Part shown: positions 1 to 8,936 of the stretch, piece by piece
Layout of the letters: each line of letters begins with the position of its first letter
Position numbering within the stretch: position 1 is the stretch's first letter
From: Truepera sp.
Lineage (GTDB): Bacteria; Deinococcota; Deinococci; Deinococcales; Trueperaceae
DNA length: 64,000 nucleotides
Direction: 5' to 3'
Assembly (NCBI GenBank): GCA_965218435.1
Contig: CBDCKW010000009.1
Span: 3,880,607-3,944,606, forward strand
Translations under genes and position numbers: made by a program
Notes under the pieces: model-generated
Told to the model about the DNA's origin: nothing
The model's database searches: none
What the model saw: only the letters and a program-made list of their open reading frames with translations

Positions 1-392
1 CTGTGAGGCAGGACAGCGACCAGCGCGACCTGCATGGGTTCTGTGAACAGACCCACACCCCGGTGCGCCATCGAGAGAATGGCGGATGGGTTCATGATAG
101 AGATATCGAGCGTGCGCTCAAAAACGCGGCGAATCGAGTCCGGATTATTCGCGCCGAAAAGACTGAAGCTGCCGAGTTCGTCACCTTGGCTTTGGAGCGC
201 GATGGTCGTCTCGCGGTACGGCCAATCCGCTTCGGTCATCATGTATGACACGGGCTCGAGCATGATTTTGGCGCGGATACCGAGGGGATCAACTGCGCCG
301 ACGGAGCTGACTGAAGGTACACCGCCGGGTTTCAGAGGCACCTCGGACTGCGTGCCGGATTGCGCGTCGGTTTTGGGTTTTTGGTCACTCAT
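1..392 (-). CDS. Partial gene running off the window start; possible TAXI/NMT1-like solute-binding protein
   Basis: Not in the ORF track. ATG at 392 overlaps the upstream stop (ATGA) and follows GGAGG. Open frame MSDQKPKTD...LDISIMNPSAILSMAHRGVGLF...VAVLPH; family call from weak resemblance only. Confidence 0.5.
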   Translation of the reverse strand, partial: MSDQKPKTDAQSGTQSEVPLKPGGVPSVSSVGAVDPLGIRAKIMLEPVSYMMTEADWPYRETTIALQSQGDELGSFSLFGANNPDSIRRVFERTLDISIMNPSAILSMAHRGVGLFTEPMQVALVAVLPH

Positions 393-817
393 CGTTTTTC
401 CTCCAAAGTGTTGGTTGTCAAACTACTGGTCATCTCTGAGTCTGCCTCGAGTTTGGCGAGTTCTTCGTGCATCACCATCCACCCGTTCGAGGCACGCGGC
501 CCGCCCACAGAGACGCTGAGCAGTGTGGCGAGCGCCTCGAGCTGTTGCCGGGTACAGCCGTGGCGAACAGCCCAGCGGGTGTGTGACCTGAGCTGCGGCT
601 CGGCACCGCCCTGAGTAATGAGTGCGGCGATAACGATGAAACTGCGGTCGCGCAGACTGAGTTCATCATCAACCCAGATGCCTGCGGCTGAGAAGATCAT
701 TTCGTCGCCGAAACGCTCGCCGACACGTTCGGTAAACCACGATGCGACCTCCTCACGCGGAATCTGAAACTGGCTTGCGTAGGCGTCTAAACCTTGTTCG
801 TAACGTTTGTTGTCCAC
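389..817 (-). CDS. Carboxymuconolactone decarboxylase (CMD/AhpD-like) family protein
   Basis: LSLRDRSFIVIAALITQG...QLRSHTRWAVRHGCTRQQL is the typical CMD pattern. GTG start at 817 after GGAGG is more likely than the track start at 886. Confidence 0.8.
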   Translation of the reverse strand: MDNKRYEQGLDAYASQFQIPREEVASWFTERVGERFGDEMIFSAAGIWVDDELSLRDRSFIVIAALITQGGAEPQLRSHTRWAVRHGCTRQQLEALATLLSVSVGGPRASNGWMVMHEELAKLEADSEMTSSLTTNTLEEKR

Positions 818-1219
818 TCCTAAGTCACCTCCAACTGACAGGCTATATTCTAGACTAGTGTATCCAAATATGTCAAGTGTATCCAATTAATAAGTTGTGA
901 AAACTTGCTATAGTGAGCTGCTAAGCTGTTTTAGAAAGTTGAGCCAAATCAGCAAAGTTAGGGTTGCCGTACTGTTTTTGGCAGGTTAAGTGGTGAGTCT
1001 CGTCGTTGGGAGCATGTCAAGTAAGTTGACATCAGTTCAAGGTTTGTCTCAGGGCTGGTAATTGCACCAGTGTTGCTGAAAGCCGGTTTTTAGGCTGAGG
1101 TGTGTAAGCTACCGAGCTAGAGGTGATGATTAACCGCAAAGTTGACCGGATGGCGGACAGGCCCAGAAGCGGCCAAGACCGGTAGGTGCTGCTTTAGGGC
1201 CAAGACAGGTGCTATTTTG

Positions 1220-1389
1220 TCAAAGACAGGGGTGCCAGCAGCGTTCCCTCAAGTTTAAGGCTCACGGCTATCTGCCTAAAAGCTACTTCGAGCGCGGCTT
1301 AGACGCTCTTCGCTCAGCTATCCTTACTGGTCACGCCTCAACTTATAGCAGCCTCCGAGATCGTCTCAATCTTTTGTCCCGGTAGTGAG
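1220..1389 (+). pseudogene. 3' remnant of an IS4-family-like transposase with its right terminal repeat
   Basis: Frame reads LKFKAHGYLPKSYFERGLDALRSAIL...LNLLS, resembling the KxHG..xSxFRxGLDxLR...LS C-terminus. Ends in TTGTCCCGGTAGTGAG (1374-1389). Confidence 0.6.
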
Positions 1390-1497
1390 GTACACCACCT
1401 TGAGCCAAAGTCGCCTTTGATAACGGCCTCTGTTAGTGACCAGTAAACCCCTTACACTGCCGAGCAACCGAGGCAGACAGCTCCTTATAAGCCTTCT

Positions 1498-1929
1498 CTA
1501 CTCAGGTTGAGACAATCTAAGCACCACCGGCACATTTTCTTTTTGGCTGCCTACTTGAAATGTAAAAACGGCGTTTTGCTGCGTAGTAAAACAAAACCCG
1601 CGGGCCAGCGAACAGAGCGAAAAGGTTGCCTCGAGGGGGGCCTGATACGTTCCCGGTTTCGTTCCTGCCGGTACGCTGAGCTGCCACGTTACAGGCTGCA
1701 AGGTGGTGTAGTAAATCTCCGGTTTGTCATGCCACGGTTCGCCGCTGACTTTGGCTTTAAGAATTGCGCGGTCAAAAGGATTACTCAGTTCTAAACGGGG
1801 TGGGTTCAGACGGCTGATCAAGATGCCCGGAGGCGTTTTGACGATGAGCTGTAGCGGCTCGAGTTCAAGTTTCTGCTGTGCGCTGCCTAAACTGCTCAGC
1901 ACTAAGATCAAGACCAACGCAAGCTTCAT
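1498..1929 (-). CDS. Secreted protein, DsbD N-terminal-domain-like (CX6C)
   Basis: Signal peptide MKLALVLILVLSSLGSA, beta-rich body, CSLARGFC cysteine pair; coupled to the redoxin gene. Confidence 0.6.
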   Translation of the reverse strand: MKLALVLILVLSSLGSAQQKLELEPLQLIVKTPPGILISRLNPPRLELSNPFDRAILKAKVSGEPWHDKPEIYYTTLQPVTWQLSVPAGTKPGTYQAPLEATFSLCSLARGFCFTTQQNAVFTFQVGSQKENVPVVLRLSQPE

Positions 1930-2489
1930 TTAGCTAAGGCGGCCTCGATAGCACGCTCTAAGGGTTTGATGCCAGCGGGGTAGACGCTCGAGATTTCTCC
2001 TTGCTGCACGCGTTTAACGACGCCTTGCCGGTCAACCAGGTAAAAACTCGGCCAGACACTGTTTTTGTACGCCCGCCAGGTCGCGGAATTGTTGTCTTGC
2101 ATGACCGGCCAGCTGACGCCCTCACGTATGAGCGCCTCTTGAACGTTTCCCAGCGGTTTATCCGACTCGAACTCGGGGGTGTGGACACCGACAATTTCAA
2201 ATCCTTGATCCTTAAACTGCTCGTACCACCCTTGTAAGGTTGGCAGGCTGCGGGTGCAGTTGTAACACGAATAGACCCAGACATTGACCAAAACGACTTT
2301 GCCGCGCAAATCGCCGATACTGAGCGGCTCAGAGTTGAGCCACTGCCCACCGGGGATAAACTCGGGCGCAGGTGTCCCTACTTTTTGGGCTATTCCAGGA
2401 GTAACCAGAGTAACCAACATGAAACTCACCAGCAAGGCTAAGGTGACAGCCCTTGCCCGTCCTTTGGCCCAACCGCTCGGTAACCTCAC
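1926..2489 (-). CDS. Exported redoxin/thioredoxin-fold protein (DipZ C-terminal/TlpA-like)
   Basis: WLNSEPL..LRGKVVLVNVWVYSCYNC..GVHTPEF..WPSFYLVD; N-terminal hydrophobic segment. Confidence 0.85.
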   Translation of the reverse strand: MRLPSGWAKGRARAVTLALLVSFMLVTLVTPGIAQKVGTPAPEFIPGGQWLNSEPLSIGDLRGKVVLVNVWVYSCYNCTRSLPTLQGWYEQFKDQGFEIVGVHTPEFESDKPLGNVQEALIREGVSWPVMQDNNSATWRAYKNSVWPSFYLVDRQGVVKRVQQGEISSVYPAGIKPLERAIEAALAK

Positions 2490-4088
2490 CTAAACCATCG
2501 CCTGTCGGTTGTCGAGACCGCTTGCGCCGCTCGGGTGCGGAGGCTGCTGTTCGGTAATTTGCTGGTCGCCGTTTTTGTCCGTACAGCGCACCGTAAAGGT
2601 ATGCTCACCTGAACTAAAGGGCCACTCGAAACGCCACAGTACCCAGGTGAGGTCTGAGACCGGTTTGCGCAGTTCGGCCTTCTGCCAGTCGCCGCCGTCT
2701 ACTTGCAATTCAACTTTTGAAACTCCCCGTGCGCCCGCGTAAGCGATCCCGCCGACGGGAATTTTTTCGTTGCTGCTAGCTGCGCCAGCGATCATCATAT
2801 TTGTCGCCACGGTGTCAATCACCGAGGTTTCTTTGACCCTCGCCTCGCGGTCCCACGACCGCACGACCCAGTAACCCGGTGCCCACGCGTCCACCGCTTC
2901 AACCGTCTCAATCCACTTGGGCTGCTTCATGCCGTAGTGGTCGGGGATAAAGATGCGGAGCGGAAAACCGTGTTGGATCTGGAGCGGCACCCCGTCCCAG
3001 GCGTAGTTGAGGGTGATCCGTTCGTCGTTACGGACGTCGTCTAACGCGACATATTCAAAAAAGCCGTCAGCCGAGCTGATCCGCAAATGCGTCGCGTTAT
3101 CTTCTAGCCCCCATTCGGGTAGCAGCTTTTGCAGCGGCACGCCCGTCCAGCGCGTCGTGCTGATCAGTTCACCGCCGACCGGGTTTGAAATACACGACAT
3201 GGTGATGAACTGATCTTTTGCGTCGTAAGCGCGGAGTTCTTGCAGGGTGTACTCTTTGGGCGTATTGACTAAACCCTCGACGCGCAGACGCCAGTCGGCC
3301 TCTTGGACCACGGGCGGTGCGAGGTTGATATCGATCCGGTAGTACTGCTCTAAAGGCGTGTATTCAGGGCGTGTCCCTTGCACGGCGGCGACCGCTGTAC
3401 CCGCATTGGGTAAGGGGTTATTGGCCGACCAACGCTGGCCTGCAGGGGCTTCGGCTGCAGCCTCGCTGGTCCGGCGACCGAGCGCCGCCCCGACACCTGC
3501 GCCTGCGACGGTAATGAGGGCTGCCGCGCTGCCGACGCGTACGATAAATTGCCGCCGGTTAAGCGGTTCGGCAACCGCTGCCGGGGTGACGACCCGGACG
3601 GTGCGGCGCTGCAGCCACGCCAGACCCAAACCCCAGACGAGCAAGGCCAGCAGCGTCCAGAGCCCGTCTATGAGTGTCGCCCCTTGCCGTGTTGCGCTGA
3701 TGGCACCCAAAATCACGCCCAGCACGAGGCCGTACCCGAGACCGGCACCCCAGCCCGAGCGCCGCCCACGGTAAACGGCAAAGTACACTGCCCCGCCGAT
3801 CATCGCCAAGATAACGGTCAGCCCTACCGCCATAAGCTGTTCGGCGAGTTTGGCGTTTTCTCTGACTGAGAGTCCAAGCGTGGTGAGTAGCCCGACCATG
3901 CTGTCAATCCCGGTCGTAATCACGCTGCCGGGCAGGGTGCGCGACACCAAATCGAATACGTCATAAGGGATAAAGGGCACGCCCACGGTAAGGTTGGCCA
4001 GATACAACAGGGCCAAAAGTGGCGCACTTAAAAGCAGGGCGAGGGACACGCCGCCGACAAGAGCGAGCCAGACATTAGGTTTTTTCAT
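2490..4088 (-). CDS. Molybdopterin-dependent oxidoreductase (sulfite oxidase family) with N-terminal membrane domain
   Basis: About four TM helices, internal twin-arginine motif NRRQFI, Mo-ligand Cys in TMSCISN, HGFPLR and GMKQPKW, C-terminal Ig-like dimerisation domain. Confidence 0.88.
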   Translation of the reverse strand: MKKPNVWLALVGGVSLALLLSAPLLALLYLANLTVGVPFIPYDVFDLVSRTLPGSVITTGIDSMVGLLTTLGLSVRENAKLAEQLMAVGLTVILAMIGGAVYFAVYRGRRSGWGAGLGYGLVLGVILGAISATRQGATLIDGLWTLLALLVWGLGLAWLQRRTVRVVTPAAVAEPLNRRQFIVRVGSAAALITVAGAGVGAALGRRTSEAAAEAPAGQRWSANNPLPNAGTAVAAVQGTRPEYTPLEQYYRIDINLAPPVVQEADWRLRVEGLVNTPKEYTLQELRAYDAKDQFITMSCISNPVGGELISTTRWTGVPLQKLLPEWGLEDNATHLRISSADGFFEYVALDDVRNDERITLNYAWDGVPLQIQHGFPLRIFIPDHYGMKQPKWIETVEAVDAWAPGYWVVRSWDREARVKETSVIDTVATNMMIAGAASSNEKIPVGGIAYAGARGVSKVELQVDGGDWQKAELRKPVSDLTWVLWRFEWPFSSGEHTFTVRCTDKNGDQQITEQQPPHPSGASGLDNRQAMV

Positions 4089-4217
4089 CTTTATCTCCTT
4101 AGCTACTTTCAGTCAAATAACGGTAGACCGGGTGAAGAGGTCATCTTATATAAAGAGGTCATTTCACCTGAGGTGTTCAGTAGGGGCTGTTAGACGAGGT
4201 AAGTACATAGATAGCTT

Positions 4218-4249
4218 AGTTTAGGCCAAATGTATCACGAAAGTATCAC
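4218..4249 (-). promoter_or_regulatory. Promoter with OmpR-type direct repeat for the oxidoreductase operon
   Basis: Minus strand GTGAT-N6-GTGAT-N10-TAAACT. Confidence 0.6.
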
Positions 4250-4345
4250 ACCTACCCTTGGGGGCGAGTGTGCGGTAGGGCAATGGTAGAGTTACAATGA
4301 CGTGGTGACAGCAGTGTAAGTTTGACCGCCTCAGCGTGTTTTATT

Positions 4346-4377
4346 GTGACGTTCTCGTGATGACTTTCTGCCACACT
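4346..4377 (+). promoter_or_regulatory. Autoregulatory promoter of the response regulator (leaderless)
   Basis: GTGAC-N6-GTGAT-N10-CACACT, then 6 nt to ATG 4384. Confidence 0.6.
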
Positions 4378-4383
4378 GAAGTA

Positions 4384-5124
4384 ATGACTGAGGCAACGAA
4401 ACACGGGGCGTTCCCCCCCCATATTCTCATCGTCGAGGATGACCCTGACATCGCGCATCTTATCGCGCTGCACTTAAGCGAAATCGGCTGCGTCGCCGAA
4501 ACGGTTTACGACGGTGAGAGCGGTTTCGAGCGCGCCCTTTCAGGTGACTACGACCTGATTGTTTTAGACGTGATGTTGCCCGGACTCAGCGGAACCGAAC
4601 TCTGTCAAAGGCTGCGGGTTAAAGCTAGTTCTGTATTTATCCTTATGCTCACCGCCCGCTCCGGCGAGTTTGACCGTGTGCTCGGCCTCGAGCTGGGCGC
4701 GGACGATTATCTGACCAAACCTTTTAGCTTCCGCGAACTTCAGGCTAGGGTCAAGGCTTTGCTGCGGCGCAAAACACAATTTGAAAACGTTCAACTTCAA
4801 CCGCAGGTTTTCCAAAGCGGCGACTTGACCGTAGATGTAGAGCAGCGGGTGGTCACCCTACGCGGGAGCGTCGTCGACCTCACGCTTAAAGAGTTCGACC
4901 TGCTCGTGCAGTTCGCGCGTCATCCGGGCCGGGTCTATACCCGCGCACAGCTCCTTGATCTGGTCTGGGGCTACGGTTACAGCGGGTTGGAACATACCGT
5001 CAACTCACATATCAACCGACTGCGCGGCAAGCTCGAGCACGATCCGGCCAGCCCCAAATATATCCAAACCGTCTGGGGTGTGGGTTACAGATTTGCGACC
5101 ATCTCAGCGGAGGCGGTCTCGTAG
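4384..5124 (+). CDS. OmpR/PhoB-family response regulator
   Basis: ILIVEDD, LDVMLP, GADDYLTKPF, C-terminal winged helix IQTVWGVGY. Confidence 0.95.
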   Translation: MTEATKHGAFPPHILIVEDDPDIAHLIALHLSEIGCVAETVYDGESGFERALSGDYDLIVLDVMLPGLSGTELCQRLRVKASSVFILMLTARSGEFDRVLGLELGADDYLTKPFSFRELQARVKALLRRKTQFENVQLQPQVFQSGDLTVDVEQRVVTLRGSVVDLTLKEFDLLVQFARHPGRVYTRAQLLDLVWGYGYSGLEHTVNSHINRLRGKLEHDPASPKYIQTVWGVGYRFATISAEAVS

Positions 5125-5127
5125 AAG

Positions 5128-6588
5128 ATGCTCAGGACCTTACACGGCAGGCTTTCGCTGGTGCTCTTGACGCTCTTTATCCCGCTGGGCGTCCTTTATG
5201 TGGGGTCAACCGTGGCGACGAGTCAGCGTTACGCGCAGGAGGTCAGCCAGCAGGTCAACAAAGACCTGGCCGCGCGTCTCGTCCGCACCCACGACCTGAT
5301 GGTGGGGGGTGGCGCGGACGCCACGCAGCTGAGCGCAGCTGTCAATTCACTTTCGGTGACCAACCCGGATGTGGACCTGTACGTGCTGAACACCGCGGGC
5401 AAAATTTTGCTGGCGTCGCTACCTGCCGGAAAGCTCGAGCAGCAGACCGTATCGCTGGGGCCTGTAGACGCCGTAATGCACGAGTCGGTCGCGTACCCGG
5501 TGCTGGGCGACAACCCGCGAGACCCGGGGCAGCCGAAGGTCTTTTCGGTCGCCGCTATTCCAGCGAAAGGACCACTCGAGGGCTACTTGTACATCGTACT
5601 AGCCGATGAAGTCCAAGATTCCGTCGCTTCGATGGTTGAGAGCAGCACCATTTTAAGGCTCAGCATTTGGGTTGGACTCGCCGGGCTTACCCTGGTTTTT
5701 TTAGCAGGTATTTTGATGTTTACACTTTTTACGCGCCGCTTAAAACGTCTGGCAACGATCATGATGGATTTTGAACGAAGAAACTTCGAAGGCGCTGCCC
5801 TTAAACCTGTTCTGACTACCCGCACCAGCGACGAGGTAGGAGACCTCAACCGCGTCTTTTACGGTATGGCGGCGCGGATCGCGGAGCAAGTCAGCCGCTT
5901 AAAAGAGAGTGACCGACTCCGCCGAGAGCTCGTGGCTAACGTCTCTCACGATCTGCGGACGCCTTTAACAGCGCTACAGGGCTATCTGGAAACACTCCAA
6001 CTCGAGACCTTGAGTGGGGCGGACAAACACCGTTACTTAAGCGTCGCGCTTAAACACAGCGAGCACTTAAATACCCTGGTTACGGAGCTTTTTGAGCTCG
6101 CTAAACTCGAGGCGAACGCCGCGCCGATTCATAACGAACGTTTTCCGCTAGCTGAACTTGTACAAGACGTGGTGCAGAAGTTCGGGCTGAGCGCCGAGAA
6201 AAAGGGCGTCACCTTAGTTGCCGACACCGAGGTGCGTCCGTCGGTCTATGCAGACGTGGGTTTTCTCGAGCGGGTACTGGAAAATTTGCTCGACAACGCC
6301 CTGCACTACACGCCCGCAGGAGGGACGGTAAGCGTCTCGTTAGGTGCCTCTGTCCAAGGTGTCAGGGTTGAGGTGACCGACACGGGTTCCGGTATCCCGC
6401 CTGCAGAACTGCCGCACGTTTTTGAGCGGTTTTACCGGGGCTCACGTGCAGGCGGGGAAAAAGGAAGCGGCGCGGGGCTTGGGCTGACCATCAGCCAGCG
6501 GATGTTGGAGCTTCACGGTACCCGGCTCGAGGTGGAGAGTCGCGTCGGCGTCGGGACGACCTTTAGTTTTAGCTTGCCGACAGCTTGA
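5128..6588 (+). CDS. HAMP-domain sensor histidine kinase
   Basis: Two TM helices, H-box SHDLRTPL, N-box NLLDNA, DTGSGI, GAGLGL. Confidence 0.95.
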   Translation: MLRTLHGRLSLVLLTLFIPLGVLYVGSTVATSQRYAQEVSQQVNKDLAARLVRTHDLMVGGGADATQLSAAVNSLSVTNPDVDLYVLNTAGKILLASLPAGKLEQQTVSLGPVDAVMHESVAYPVLGDNPRDPGQPKVFSVAAIPAKGPLEGYLYIVLADEVQDSVASMVESSTILRLSIWVGLAGLTLVFLAGILMFTLFTRRLKRLATIMMDFERRNFEGAALKPVLTTRTSDEVGDLNRVFYGMAARIAEQVSRLKESDRLRRELVANVSHDLRTPLTALQGYLETLQLETLSGADKHRYLSVALKHSEHLNTLVTELFELAKLEANAAPIHNERFPLAELVQDVVQKFGLSAEKKGVTLVADTEVRPSVYADVGFLERVLENLLDNALHYTPAGGTVSVSLGASVQGVRVEVTDTGSGIPPAELPHVFERFYRGSRAGGEKGSGAGLGLTISQRMLELHGTRLEVESRVGVGTTFSFSLPTA

Positions 6589-6655
6589 GACGAGGCTTTT
6601 GCTCGAGGGTCAGGGAGCGTAGCACCGGTACGCTGGTACCACTTAAAAAGGCGAC

Positions 6656-7915
6656 TCAGTCTATACGTTCCAAATTTTTAAGCGAAGGCTGCGAGTAAAA
6701 GATAGCCGTGACCACCAGGGTAAAAGCCGCGACGGTGATGAACATAAGACCTGTACCCCGACCCACTCCGACGCCGATAATCTGACCGAAACTCCCTGCA
6801 AGTAGACCACCCGGAAGCAGCAGCGGTTCAAAAACGCGGTCCGCCAAAGGGCCGGCCGCAAGGTAGCCGAGCGGCATCGCGGCCCCGCCGATAAACTGCG
6901 TCAGCGCGAACACCCGACCCTGCATCTGTGGCACTACGTTCCGCTGAAAGATGACGGCGGTATAGCCGTTGGTAAAGGGCAATGCAAAGTAAGCGCCGAA
7001 GATACCTACCCCGACGAGCCAAACCAGCGGCTTGAGCCCGATCAGAACTACAAAGGGGCAAAACAAGAACATAAAGCCGAACACCCCGTTGACCGGTCGC
7101 TCAGGGCCGCGCCAAGCCGTCATGATCAAACTACCGGTGAGCAACCCAAGACCGCCCATAGACAGCAAAACGCCGAGCGTGTCCGGCCCTATGAAGCTTA
7201 AAATAAGCGGTGTCATCAGCCCTAGCGCCACCGCACCCGTCAGATTGATCAGGCCGAAATAGAACATCAGCGTGAGCAGCCCCCTCCGTTCCCGCAGATA
7301 TTGAGCAGCGCTCGAGATAGCGCGCCAGGTACCCTCGCCCTCTGTTTGAATAACTTTCGGGGTAGGGATAGAGATGAAGAGTAGTGGGACAACAGCTACC
7401 AAGAAGCTCGCCATATCCATCAGCAGAACGGCTTGAAGTCCCGCCAGCACCACCAGCCACCCTCCTAAGAGCGGCGCGAGGAGCTGGGACAAGGCTTGTG
7501 ACAACCCCTGCAACCCGTTCGCCCTTCCTAGCTGCTCGTCTTTAACAAGCATGGTGATGGACGCGCCCAGAGCCGGTCCTTGAAACGTACCAAAGGCCGC
7601 GCTCACGCCCGCAGCCAGGTAGATATGCGGTACCTGCAACACCCCTTGCGTAAAGAGTAAATAAACGACCAAGGTACCTATACCTGCCCCCAAATCACCC
7701 AGCACGATAAGCTTGCGCCTGTCCCAGCGGTCGGCGACGACCCCGGCGACAGGCGAGAGCAAAACGCGGGGCAACGTCGTGGCCAGCAGAACCAAACTGA
7801 ACTGCGTCGCTGAGCCCGTCCGCTCAAAAACCCACACGCCTAGTGCAAACCCTGTTAAACCCGACCCCAAGGTAGAGACGAGCTGACCGAACCAGATGGG
7901 TAAAAACGCCCTCAT
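6656..7915 (-). CDS. MFS transporter (DHA3/macrolide-efflux-like)
   Basis: About 12 TM helices, GVVADRWDRRK, QGRVFA. Start set at MRAFLPIWFGQ. Confidence 0.9.
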   Translation of the reverse strand: MRAFLPIWFGQLVSTLGSGLTGFALGVWVFERTGSATQFSLVLLATTLPRVLLSPVAGVVADRWDRRKLIVLGDLGAGIGTLVVYLLFTQGVLQVPHIYLAAGVSAAFGTFQGPALGASITMLVKDEQLGRANGLQGLSQALSQLLAPLLGGWLVVLAGLQAVLLMDMASFLVAVVPLLFISIPTPKVIQTEGEGTWRAISSAAQYLRERRGLLTLMFYFGLINLTGAVALGLMTPLILSFIGPDTLGVLLSMGGLGLLTGSLIMTAWRGPERPVNGVFGFMFLFCPFVVLIGLKPLVWLVGVGIFGAYFALPFTNGYTAVIFQRNVVPQMQGRVFALTQFIGGAAMPLGYLAAGPLADRVFEPLLLPGGLLAGSFGQIIGVGVGRGTGLMFITVAAFTLVVTAIFYSQPSLKNLERID

Positions 7916-7959
7916 GACACACCTGCCTTCAAAGTCAGAATGAAGGTAGACTTGTTCAG

Positions 7960-8628
7960 ATGGAACACGAAAATCTGAACAAGGTTTGGGCTGAAGTCCA
8001 CACGGCGGCGGCAGCGCGGGCACTTATCGACCCCAAGAAACGCCGTTACTTGGAGCCGTTTATAGGTCGGGAGCGCACGGCGAGTGAAGTAGCCAAAATG
8101 TTGGGTATAAAGTTGACGGCGATGCTGTACCAACTAGAACAGCTTAAAGCTCTGGGGCTGCTCCAGGTGACGCGGCAGCAGGCACGGCGGGGGCGACCTA
8201 TAAAGCTCTACCGCGCCACTGCCGACAAGTTCTTCGTACCTTTTGAAGTGACCCGGGCCGAGTCGCTCACTACTTTGCTGGCAGAACTCGAGGCCGACTT
8301 TCAGCGTTACTTCGTCCAAAACTTGGCGTGGGCGGGGCTCGAGTTAGCAGAAAACTGGGGCTTCACCATCTACCGTAACGAGGAGGGCTCGGTTGTTCAG
8401 GACTTGGTTCCACGCGAAGGAGGCAGTGGAAACGCCCTACCTTTGCTACTGAGGAACAGTTCGCCTGCGCTCTGGGCGAGTTCGTCCTTTTTGAAGCTGG
8501 ATTTTGGGACGGCCAAAGCGTTACAGCGAGATATCGACAAGCTGCTGAATGGCTACCGAACAAAGCAAGTACAGGGAGAACAAACTTATCTCGTAAAGTT
8601 TGGGCTGACCCCTCTTGAAGCGAAATGA
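7960..8628 (+). CDS. ArsR-like helix-turn-helix protein, divergent from the MFS gene
   Basis: TASEVAKMLG...LYQLEQLKALGLL...RRGRPIKLYRA; TAGACT 7 nt before ATG (leaderless). Confidence 0.8.
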   Translation: MEHENLNKVWAEVHTAAAARALIDPKKRRYLEPFIGRERTASEVAKMLGIKLTAMLYQLEQLKALGLLQVTRQQARRGRPIKLYRATADKFFVPFEVTRAESLTTLLAELEADFQRYFVQNLAWAGLELAENWGFTIYRNEEGSVVQDLVPREGGSGNALPLLLRNSSPALWASSSFLKLDFGTAKALQRDIDKLLNGYRTKQVQGEQTYLVKFGLTPLEAK

Positions 8629-8750
8629 GCAAGCTCTGTGTGGCACAGTGAATCTTTTAAGTCCAGCAAGTAGAACCTTGAAGTCTGAACTATAGCTAGC
8701 CGTTCTAAAAGCCTGATCTGCGTACTTGGCAACGTGTGCCATGGTCACGC

Positions 8751-8804
8751 GTGATAAAACCGTGACCTTTTTGCGAGGAAATTGTGATCTTTGCTCTCTA
8801 TTCT
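8751..8804 (+). promoter_or_regulatory. Four 11-bp-phased direct repeats plus -10 box
   Basis: GTGAT 8751, GTGAC 8762, GCGAG 8773, GTGAT 8784, then N10 and TATTCT. Confidence 0.6.
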
Positions 8805-8936
8805 TCTACCTGAAGGTATTGCAAACCCCGGAGAACCACTTCGCCCCGGTAAGCGCGCCGGTGAAGTCGTCTCGGGGTCGCCGCGTACCCTCACGCCCGT
8901 CACGTTGTCCCGACTGACGGCCTTAAGGAGACGTTT

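Noticed and set aside
1171..1240. Repeats resembling a mini CRISPR array
   Set aside because: Too short and irregular, no spacers of consistent length, no cas genes in the window.
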